Shown: in pieces, positions 1-7,338 of the stretch
Position numbering within the stretch: the stretch's first letter is position 1
How the letters are laid out: each line of letters opens with the position of its first letter
Assembly (NCBI RefSeq): GCF_000020385.1
Contig: NC_010814.1
Span: 2,970,001 to 3,002,000 of the forward strand
Reading direction: 5' to 3'
Origin: Trichlorobacter lovleyi SZ
GTDB taxonomy: Bacteria; Desulfobacterota; Desulfuromonadia; Geobacterales; Pseudopelobacteraceae
DNA length: 32,000 nt
The notes under the pieces: model-generated
What the model saw: only the letters and a program-made list of their open reading frames with translations
What the model was told of the DNA's origin: nothing
Databases searched by the model: none
Position numbers and translations under genes: made by a program

Positions 1-89
1 GCAGTTCGCAATTCAAGCTTCACCCCGGCTCGCCACAACGGAAAACCGGTTGCCGTACGGGCAGTCCTACCGATCCGTTTTTCACTGCG

Positions 90-857
90 TTAACAGGCGG
101 TCACCCCCCGCCTGCCGCAGACGACACAGGCCTGCATGGAAAACGGCGGTTCCAGCCTGCATCCGGCAAGCAATTCCGTATCGGCAAAGATCTCCTCAGC
201 AGTACCGTCTGCCCGGATCTCACCCCCGTGCATCACAATCACCCTGTCGCAGACCTCTGCCACCATATCAAGGTCATGGCTGGTAATGATCCTGGTATGG
301 CTGAAATTTTTCAGCAGCTTGATAACCTCCCTGCGTGAGAACGGATCAAGACCTGCGGTCGGCTCATCCATAACCAGTATGGCAGGGTCCATGGCCAGTA
401 CCGTGGCAATGGCAACCCGTTTCTTTTCACCGCAGGAAAGCCGGTAAGGCGGCTTTCCCGCCAGATGCCCGGCTCCTACGGCCTGCAGCGCAGCGGCCAC
501 CTGCGCTTCAATATCGCCGGGAGCCACACCGCGGTTGAGCGGTCCGAAGGCAATGTCATCAAAAACCGTCGGCATGAAGAGCTGGTCGTCAGGGTCCTGA
601 AACACCATCCCCACTGTCCGCCGCACCTCTTGCAGCGTCCTGGGTGTAACCGGGAAGTCACCGATTCGGACCTCACCCGAGCTGGGAGTCAGACAGCCGT
701 TTAACTGCTGCAACAGGGTGGACTTTCCGGCCCCGTTGGCCCCGATCAGTGCCACCGACTCACCGTGATGGATGCAGAACGACACGGAACGCAACGCGGC
801 TGTCCCATCAGGGTAGGAGAAGCTGAGCCGGTCTGCTGCAACAATGTGGTGGCTCAT
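90..857 (-). CDS. cbiO: ECF transporter ATP-binding subunit (CbiO/NikO-like ABC ATPase)
   Basis: Walker A GANGAGKST, ABC signature LSCGEKKRV and Walker B ILVMDEPTAGLD are present. I chose the internal ATG at 857 (MSHHIVAADRLSF...) because it forms an ATGA overlap with the cbiQ stop (854-856). The longer ORF reaching 953 would run 100 nt into cbiQ. Confidence 0.9.
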   Translation of the reverse strand: MSHHIVAADRLSFSYPDGTAALRSVSFCIHHGESVALIGANGAGKSTLLQQLNGCLTPSSGEVRIGDFPVTPRTLQEVRRTVGMVFQDPDDQLFMPTVFDDIAFGPLNRGVAPGDIEAQVAAALQAVGAGHLAGKPPYRLSCGEKKRVAIATVLAMDPAILVMDEPTAGLDPFSRREVIKLLKNFSHTRIITSHDLDMVAEVCDRVIVMHGGEIRADGTAEEIFADTELLAGCRLEPPFSMQACVVCGRRGVTAC

Positions 858-1684
858 GGCATGAGCCTCCCTGCATTGAAAAATGCGGTAACAGCATGAC
901 CGATACTGAGGGGAATGTTCGTGAAACGCAGGATCATGAACAGGGCTGTCCAACTGACAAGAAAGGACAGTTCAGGCAGACCAAAACCACTACCGCGCTG
1001 AAGATGGAAGGTACCCTGGAACCCCCGGGCCAGCATCGCCATATGAATCCGCTCAGCACGTTCCCAGGCTTTAAGCAGCAAATGCCCGGCCATGGAGGTA
1101 AACGGCCCCATGCCCATCCCACGTGTGCCAAAGGCACGCAGTTCACGGGCACGGGAGGCCCTGGCAGCAGCATCAGCAAGCACAAACAGGTAGCGATGCA
1201 TAAAGAGAAGTTGCACCGCAAGCGGATGCGGCATGCCGAGACGTTCCAACGCCTCGCAGACCGCCGTGAAACCGGTGACCGCCACCAGTATGACTGCAGC
1301 AGTTACGGTCAGCGTAGCACGCAGCACAATGGATGCACAGGACAGCCAGCCACCACTGACTGCAAAGGACCCGAGGTAAATCTGAATCTCCCGGTCAAAC
1401 AAGGGGTTGAATATGCCGATTGCAGCGGCAAACGGAATTACCAGGGCAACCTTGCGAGCAATAAATACTGCCGGCAGATCCGCCAGCACCACCACCGCCA
1501 CCGGGAACAGAAAGAACGGTACCATTGCACTCAGTTCATACCGGCCAAACGATACAACCGTCACAATGAATATCAGTACCACCAGCACCTTGGCCCTGGC
1601 ATCAAGGCGGTGGATACGCGTATCCCGGACAGCAAGCTGGTCCAGCTGCCGAAAGTCCAGCATTGCCCCTTCTATGGTTGCCAT
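854..1684 (-). CDS. cbiQ: ECF transporter transmembrane (T) component, CbiQ family
   Basis: The 276-aa polytopic membrane protein shows a CbiQ-like pattern (RLDARAKVLVVLIFIV..., ARELRAFG). It sits between cbiM and cbiO with a 4-nt overlap to cbiO, the classical cbiMQO order. Confidence 0.85.
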   Translation of the reverse strand: MATIEGAMLDFRQLDQLAVRDTRIHRLDARAKVLVVLIFIVTVVSFGRYELSAMVPFFLFPVAVVVLADLPAVFIARKVALVIPFAAAIGIFNPLFDREIQIYLGSFAVSGGWLSCASIVLRATLTVTAAVILVAVTGFTAVCEALERLGMPHPLAVQLLFMHRYLFVLADAAARASRARELRAFGTRGMGMGPFTSMAGHLLLKAWERAERIHMAMLARGFQGTFHLQRGSGFGLPELSFLVSWTALFMILRFTNIPLSIGHAVTAFFNAGRLMP

Positions 1685-1700
1685 GACCGCCCGCAGCCCT

Positions 1701-2729
1701 TCACGCCGTTGCTCTGACCCGTTTCAGCAGGGCTCCTCCCAACATGAGCAGCAGCAGGGTGATCATCACGCCGACGAGTCCGGCCAGGCTGGTTCCGGCT
1801 GTTTCAGCAGCACGGCTTGCAGGAGCCTGCGCTTCAGCTACAGCAGGATGTTTGAAGGCATAGTCCGGCAGGAATGAAACCGTTTCCTGCAGACCGGCCA
1901 GCCAGCTATGCAAGCGGTTATCCGGTGCCTTCAGCTCTGCAGTCCCGGCAACTCTGGTTATGGCCCACTCCAGTCCGTCAGGGTTGTTTGATGCGACCAG
2001 TGAGACAACACCACCGGTCAAAATGGCAGCACAGAGAAAACCGACCACCAGATTACGCAGTGGATAGGCGACCGGTAATGCAGACTGCAACCCGGCATGC
2101 ATCAGTTCCGGACGGGCCAGATAGACAAAGGAGACAATCGCAGCAGTCACCACCCCTTCAACCAGTCCGATGGCCAGATGTACCGGCTGCATCAACAGCA
2201 GGAAGGTGGTAAAAGGCAGCGCAGACAGACCCGAAAAGAGGGTTTCAAGAACAACGGCAAAGGGACCGAGCTGCAGCGTCACCACCGCCGACACAATAAC
2301 AGCAAAGCTGAGGCGTGTTCCGGCCGGACGTTGTCCGGCAAGTTTTTTGTAGACCAGAGGATAGACCAGAAAGGCGGGGATCACCCCCATGTTAAAGATA
2401 TTGCACCCCAGGGCAAGCAGTCCGCCATCGGCAAAAAACAGAGCCTGCACGATCAGAACCCCTGTTATGGCCAGCAGGGCGGCGTGCGGCCCCAACAGAA
2501 TGGCAAGCAGCAGGCCGCCACCAAGGTGCCCGCTTGAGCCGGTGCCCGGTATGCTGAAGTTGATCATCTGGGCTGCAAAAAGAAAGGCCCCCATAACCCC
2601 CATCAAAGGGACCCTGCGTTCATCCGTATCTTTCCGAAGCCTCGCTGAGCTATAGGCAACAGCACCCGCAGATACTGCCCACATGACCCCGCCCACAGCC
2701 GGCGAGACAAGCGCGTCTGCCATATGCAT
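1701..2729 (-). CDS. cbiM: ECF transporter substrate-capture subunit CbiM/NikM fused to a C-terminal PDGLE domain and terminal TM helix (replaces a separate CbiN/NikN)
   Basis: The start is set at ATG 2729, which gives the N-terminus MHMADALVSP. The Met-His N-terminus is the metal-liganding hallmark of CbiM/NikM. A GGAGG lies 5 nt upstream (revcomp of 2735-2739). The literal PDGLE motif (SNNPDGLEWAI) occurs in the C-terminal third. The GTG at 2747 from the ORF track is less likely. Confidence 0.85.
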   Translation of the reverse strand: MHMADALVSPAVGGVMWAVSAGAVAYSSARLRKDTDERRVPLMGVMGAFLFAAQMINFSIPGTGSSGHLGGGLLLAILLGPHAALLAITGVLIVQALFFADGGLLALGCNIFNMGVIPAFLVYPLVYKKLAGQRPAGTRLSFAVIVSAVVTLQLGPFAVVLETLFSGLSALPFTTFLLLMQPVHLAIGLVEGVVTAAIVSFVYLARPELMHAGLQSALPVAYPLRNLVVGFLCAAILTGGVVSLVASNNPDGLEWAITRVAGTAELKAPDNRLHSWLAGLQETVSFLPDYAFKHPAVAEAQAPASRAAETAGTSLAGLVGVMITLLLLMLGGALLKRVRATA

Positions 2730-2964
2730 GGATACCTCCAGTGCCACAAAAAGTAAATTCGTAGCACAAGTCTATACTCCACTGACTATCTGCTGTCAAC
2801 CGGGACGATCGTACATAGAGCCACTTGGCAGGGTTTTGAAAACGTGATGAGGAAGGCCGGACACCAGGAGCACTGGGCACGGCGACAGAACAATCAGTTA
2901 GACGAGGGGGAGCGTACCGTACAACGAAAGGAGACCGACCTTGGAGTAGCTTTTCAACGCCTTG

Positions 2965-3804
2965 TTAAAGCAGGTTATTTATTGCATTCAGGCCTTCCAG
3001 CGCCCCGCAGGCCAGACCGACATGAGGTGGCGCTATCTCCGGTTCGCGGGTATTGATCCTGATTACGGTTGCAGCGGCATAACGCCAGCCCAACCGTTCA
3101 GACATGGTCCGTATCGTCGGAATAGCTGTTCCAGCCCCCAGCTCTATCACCACCATCTTCGTATCCAGCTGTTCTGCCAGAAACTGCTGCAGACGTTGTT
3201 CCTGCTGGTGGGTCCGGTCCGGCAACCATGACCAGTCGCCAAACATCAGGATATTGGGACGGCTGACACCGTTACAGCGGGGACAGCGGGGAACATTGCC
3301 GGCCCGCATGGTCACCGGGTCAACGGGAATCTGTTCCTGATTGGTCCAAATGGTATCGGAGCAGGGAGAAAGGCACTGCAGCCAGTGGATTGATCCATGA
3401 ACTTCAAGTATCCGGTCATCATCAAAACCGGCCTTTTGAAACTGGCCATCCACGTTGGAGGTAACCACAAAATGCGGAGCAGCCTTCTGCTCTATCCAAC
3501 TCTTGATGAGACCAAAGCCGTCATGGGGAACGGTATCGCGGTACAGATTGGTGCGGTGGCCGTAGAAGCCCCAGCCAAAGGCAGGATCGCGTTGAAAATG
3601 CTCCGGGTTGGCACACTCCACAAACGAGAGCCCCAGGCGTGCATAGGGTGGGTAAGCCTGCCAGAACCCCTGATTACCGCGAAAATCGGGCAACCCCGAA
3701 TCTACGCCCATCCCGGCCCCGGCAGTGATCACAAAACAGTCGGCAGCGCGAACCAGAGCGGCTGCCTGTTCAAGCAGGGCGCCGTCACGCTTGCGGCTCA
3801 TCAT
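2965..3804 (-). CDS. SIR2-family NAD-dependent protein deacylase (sirtuin)
   Basis: Motifs seen: GAGMGVDSGLPDFRG, TSNVDG, HGS, a Zn ribbon of Cys pairs LQCLSPC...CPRC, and a GAG Rossmann element. The start is taken at the ATG-ATG pair 3804/3801, preceded by AGAGGGG. The ORF-track start at 3831 is a TTG. The start overlaps the upstream gene's last ~17-20 nt. Confidence 0.85.
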   Translation of the reverse strand: MMSRKRDGALLEQAAALVRAADCFVITAGAGMGVDSGLPDFRGNQGFWQAYPPYARLGLSFVECANPEHFQRDPAFGWGFYGHRTNLYRDTVPHDGFGLIKSWIEQKAAPHFVVTSNVDGQFQKAGFDDDRILEVHGSIHWLQCLSPCSDTIWTNQEQIPVDPVTMRAGNVPRCPRCNGVSRPNILMFGDWSWLPDRTHQQEQRLQQFLAEQLDTKMVVIELGAGTAIPTIRTMSERLGWRYAAATVIRINTREPEIAPPHVGLACGALEGLNAINNLL

Positions 3805-6367
3805 GCCCCTCTTGGCCGACAAACAGGGCAAGCTGATCCGGCGGCAGTGGCCTGCAGAATAAAAAGCCCTGTATAATGGTACAACCGCGACCGATCAGGT
3901 GGGATTTCTGTTCTTCACTTTCCACCCCTTCTGCAATCAGCGTCAGCCCCAGTTCCTGAGCCATGGCGATGACGGTATTGACCACCGCCGTATCGGACGG
4001 TGTGTCATGCAGCCGGCGGACAAAAGACTGATCAACCTTGAGTTCCTGAACCGGCAGGCGCGAGAGATAGGCCAGCGACGAATAGCCGGTACCAAAGTCG
4101 TCCAGCGCGAGACGAACCCCCAGATCACGCAATTCCTGCAGCTTCTGCTGGGACTGAGCCGTATCAATCATCAGCATGCTTTCGGTCAGCTCCAGACAGA
4201 GCAGCGCCGGATCAAGACCTGTTTCTGCCAGGACCATACGCACCGTCTCTCCCAGGTCACCCCGCTGGAACTGAACCGCCGAGATATTGACCGACAACCG
4301 CATGCGAGGCAGTCCGGCCCGCTGCCAGGCAGCGGCCTGATGACAGGCCTGATACAGCACCCAGGTGCCCACCGGAACAATCAGGCCGGTTTCTTCGAGA
4401 ATAGGAATAAATTCCATTGGTGAGACCGGGGGCAGATCAGCAGGCGTCCAGCGCAGCAACGCCTCAACACCGATCACCGTGTTGTCCTGCGTGCTGATCT
4501 GGGGTTGATACTGCAGGGTAAAGTCGCTGTTTTCAAAGGCCCGGTGCAACCTGGCAGCCAACATCAGGCGATACTGTGCACGCTTATGGAAGTCGGTCGT
4601 ATACCAGACAATCGTGTTTCGTCCCTGCCGCTTGGCCTCATACATGGCTGCCTCGGCATTACGCAGCAGGGTGTCGGCATCTTCTCCGTCATCCGGAAAG
4701 ACAACCACACCGATACTGACGGTAATCACCACCTCGGCCCCGTCCATAACAAACAGCTCGGACATCTGCTGCTTTATCCGGTTGACCAGTGTTACCGCAT
4801 GCTCACGCCCTTCAGCAAGCGGGGGAACCAAGGCGAACTCGTTACCCAGAAAGCGCCCGACAATGGAGAGGGGACAAGCAGCCTGCTTGAGGCGCTCGGC
4901 GATCTGAACCAGGAGGCGGTCTCCAAAGTCATGACCGAAGGTGTCGTTAACAAATTTAAGGTTATCAATATCGATCAGCAGCAGTGAGAGGGTCTGGTGC
5001 TGCCGGTCCATCCGCTTGATTTCTGCCGTAAGGTGGTTCTCCAGAAAATAGCGGTTATACAGGCCTGTCAGGGTATCGTGGCCGGCTTGCCAGGTCAGGA
5101 TCTCTTCCTGGGCCTTGCGGCTGGTAATATCCTCCTTGATGGCAACAAAATTGGTGATTTCACCAGCCTCATTCCTGATCGGCGCGATACTGCACAGATC
5201 CCAGTACAAAGAACCATTCTTACGCTTGTTGCGGAATTCACCGCGCCATTCCCGGCCGGCACTGATGGTTTTCCAGAGATCGGCATAGAGCTCGGCAGAT
5301 TGATGCCCTGACTTGAGCAGGCTGGGCTTTTGTCCGATCACTTCTTCGCTGCGATAGCCGGTGACCATACAGAAGTGGGGGTTCACATACTCTATAACAC
5401 CTTCTGTATCCGTGATGACAACCGAGTTGGCACTCTGCTCAACAGCCGCAAACAATTTACGCCGCTCCTCAACTTCATGATTCAGATCGGCAGTCTTGCG
5501 GCGCACTTCACGGCGCAGTAGCAGGGCAAAAATCCCCAAAAGCAGCGCGCCACCCGCCACACCGCCCAGCGTCCACCAGATCCAGCGCGGCATGAGATAG
5601 CCGGCACCCTCGATCCCGAGCCAGCGCTTCAGGGACTGGTGATAAACAGAATCACGATCCTTCTTCATCGCCTCAAGATGACGGTCAAAGGCAGACAGAA
5701 CATCCTGATTCCTGCCTTTCGGGGCGGCGACCTGCACAGAAACCGGACTGAAGATAATCGGGGTGGCCCTTATCTTGAATGAGCGCTCATTCAAGAGCGA
5801 GAAGAAGCGGTTTGCCACCCCGGCATCCACCTCTCCCCAGTCAATCATGTCGAAAATATCCTTGAAATTGTCAGCATAGACCAGATCGCAGCGGATATTG
5901 AACTGCTGCAACATCCTGATGAAGGTATTGCAGTAGACATCATTTTTTACCACGGCGATTCTTTTACCGTTCAGATCAGTATAGCTCTCAATTCTTTGAC
6001 CTGGGCGGCTGTAGAGCAACCCCCAGTTTGATATGACGGTGTGCTGATTGTAACTGAATTTCTGAGCCCTTTCAGGAGTATAGGCGATACCCACCAGCAG
6101 ATCGATCTTGGCATTCTCAAGATCTTCGAGACATTTACTCCAGATGCAGGGGGCATAGTGAAGGGTCCAGCCTTCTTGGCGGGCAATTTCCTCCACAATA
6201 TCAATCATGATCCCCTGGGCCTTGCCATTGTCTGCGGTGCCGGCCATGGGGTGATTCTGTTCATAACCGACCCGCACGACCGGAGCAGCCCCGGCAAAGA
6301 GCGGCAGGGTCATCAGCAGCAGTACAACTGAACAGACAGTCAGCATCATACGATGCATAGGTATCAT
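3785..6367 (-). CDS. Periplasmic solute-binding-like (SBP_bac_3) sensor - TM - PAS - degenerate GGDEF - EAL protein (probable c-di-GMP phosphodiesterase)
   Basis: Start ATG 6367 has GGGGAG 8 nt upstream. A signal/TM segment MIPMHRMMLTVCSVVLLLMTLPLFAGA is followed by a PAS domain (SVVITDTEGVIEYVNPHF...). The GGDEF position reads LGNEF (4835-4849). EAL-domain motifs are intact: EALLRW, DDFGTGYSSLAYL, KVDQSF, EGVESEEQ, QGFLF. Confidence 0.9.
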   Translation of the reverse strand: MIPMHRMMLTVCSVVLLLMTLPLFAGAAPVVRVGYEQNHPMAGTADNGKAQGIMIDIVEEIARQEGWTLHYAPCIWSKCLEDLENAKIDLLVGIAYTPERAQKFSYNQHTVISNWGLLYSRPGQRIESYTDLNGKRIAVVKNDVYCNTFIRMLQQFNIRCDLVYADNFKDIFDMIDWGEVDAGVANRFFSLLNERSFKIRATPIIFSPVSVQVAAPKGRNQDVLSAFDRHLEAMKKDRDSVYHQSLKRWLGIEGAGYLMPRWIWWTLGGVAGGALLLGIFALLLRREVRRKTADLNHEVEERRKLFAAVEQSANSVVITDTEGVIEYVNPHFCMVTGYRSEEVIGQKPSLLKSGHQSAELYADLWKTISAGREWRGEFRNKRKNGSLYWDLCSIAPIRNEAGEITNFVAIKEDITSRKAQEEILTWQAGHDTLTGLYNRYFLENHLTAEIKRMDRQHQTLSLLLIDIDNLKFVNDTFGHDFGDRLLVQIAERLKQAACPLSIVGRFLGNEFALVPPLAEGREHAVTLVNRIKQQMSELFVMDGAEVVITVSIGVVVFPDDGEDADTLLRNAEAAMYEAKRQGRNTIVWYTTDFHKRAQYRLMLAARLHRAFENSDFTLQYQPQISTQDNTVIGVEALLRWTPADLPPVSPMEFIPILEETGLIVPVGTWVLYQACHQAAAWQRAGLPRMRLSVNISAVQFQRGDLGETVRMVLAETGLDPALLCLELTESMLMIDTAQSQQKLQELRDLGVRLALDDFGTGYSSLAYLSRLPVQELKVDQSFVRRLHDTPSDTAVVNTVIAMAQELGLTLIAEGVESEEQKSHLIGRGCTIIQGFLFCRPLPPDQLALFVGQEGHDEPQA

Positions 6368-6499
6368 GCAGCTTCTCCCCTGATAGATAGCGGCCCGGTC
6401 CACAAGCAAGTTTTAATCTTACCATAGCACCATGATCCTGCAACCTCTACGGACTGTATCACTCCACGGCGCTTACAACCTATCGGGCAGGAAGGCAAC

Positions 6500-6527
6500 A
6501 AAAAAGCCGCACTCGTACAAGTGCGGC
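6500..6527 (-). terminator. Rho-independent terminator of the PATAN/Roadblock bicistron
   Basis: On the minus strand the hairpin reads GCCGCACT-TGTACG-AGTGCGGC (8-bp stem) followed by TTTTTTG. It lies 29 nt after the stop at 6556. Confidence 0.8.
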
Positions 6528-6555
6528 GTGCGCTCCGGCTACTGCCCTTGAAAAA

Positions 6556-7332
6556 TCAGATCCCTTCCCACCCAAATAGCCCGGTCCCTTTCGGCACCTC
6601 GACCATCACTCGATCACCGTCCTTCACCTGCAGGTGCTCTGCCGCAGCTAGGGTAATCAGCACCCTGCCGTCAAAAAGGTTCTCCTTATCATCTTCAATA
6701 ATATCCAACGAGATGATTGAATTCAGGCTGTTACGGGGGTTGGTCAAAGAAAATTTCTTTGAAGGGCGGGAACTGTAGTGACGCCAGATGCTGCGACAGG
6801 TAGCCCGGTTGACAGAGACATGTTCCTCCATTGAAGACCAGAAGGTACCTCCGGTCCGATCCACGATCTGTACCTGCAACAACATCTTGCCGTTCTCAAC
6901 CTGCAGCGGCATGAAAGTCCAGCCGGTGCCGGACTGCAACGGCGGGGTCAGTTGACTGGGCTGGCTGGCTGCAGGCTGCTGCAGTACTGGTTGCGCCGGC
7001 ATTTTCTCCAGTTTTTTTGATGCCACGTTCAAGGCGATTGAGAGCATCTGCAGGTTAACCCCCGGTTCGCAGAGCAACACCAGTGAACGATCACCCGCCG
7101 ACCGTGCAATCAGTTTGCCCAGTTCAAAACGGATCTCAGCCTGTCTGACTCCTCCCGTCGCCTCTTCAAGCCCGAACTGTTGTTCCATCAGCAAGGTACC
7201 AACCCTGGCCAACTGGCTGCTGTCGTACATATCAGGCATTGAACGCACAAGCAATTGACCGGCATCATCTGCGATCATGCCGCCAATAACACCCGGCGAC
7301 GTCACCACGCTCCGCAGAACTGTTTCCATCAT
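6556..7332 (-). CDS. Roadblock/LC7 (MglB-like) domain protein with P/Q-rich linker and an unassigned ~125-aa C-terminal domain
   Basis: The N-terminal ~110 aa show a Roadblock/LC7 pattern (VIGGMIADDAGQLLV...SLVLLCEPGVNLQML). A linker PAQPVLQQPAASQPSQLTPPLQ follows. I cannot name a family for the C-terminal part. The ATG-ATG pair at 7332/7329 follows CTAGGAGGGG, which contains the upstream gene's TAG stop, indicating translational coupling. Confidence 0.7.
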   Translation of the reverse strand: MMETVLRSVVTSPGVIGGMIADDAGQLLVRSMPDMYDSSQLARVGTLLMEQQFGLEEATGGVRQAEIRFELGKLIARSAGDRSLVLLCEPGVNLQMLSIALNVASKKLEKMPAQPVLQQPAASQPSQLTPPLQSGTGWTFMPLQVENGKMLLQVQIVDRTGGTFWSSMEEHVSVNRATCRSIWRHYSSRPSKKFSLTNPRNSLNSIISLDIIEDDKENLFDGRVLITLAAAEHLQVKDGDRVMVEVPKGTGLFGWEGI

Positions 7333-7338
7333 CCCCTC

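Noticed and set aside
1-89. Possible terminator or next gene downstream of cbiO (imperfect hairpin CAACGG-AAAA-CCGGTTG around 36-52).
   Set aside because: The stem needs a bulge and has no flanking T-tract on the minus strand. The fragment is too short and too close to the window edge to call a gene or terminator.
858-953. 32-codon N-terminal extension of cbiO overlapping cbiQ.
   Set aside because: The internal ATG at 857 gives the classical ATGA stop/start overlap with cbiQ and a normal-length ABC ATPase. The extension would overlap cbiQ by 100 nt.
2650-2880. 76-aa minus-strand ORF spanning the cbiM start region, and plus-strand ORFs 2844-3056 and 2962-3231.
   Set aside because: They overlap cbiM or the sirtuin gene out of frame, are Cys/Arg/Gly-rich, and have no RBS. 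The interval is better treated as a non-coding leader.
2965-3804. SIR2 domain as a possible anti-phage (Thoeris/DSR/SIR2-HerA-like) NADase.
   Set aside because: The protein has the full Zn-ribbon cysteine set and canonical deacylase motifs, and a normal sirtuin size (~279 aa). It has no partner defence genes (no TIR, HerA, pAgo or SLOG). It is operonic with a housekeeping-type signalling gene.
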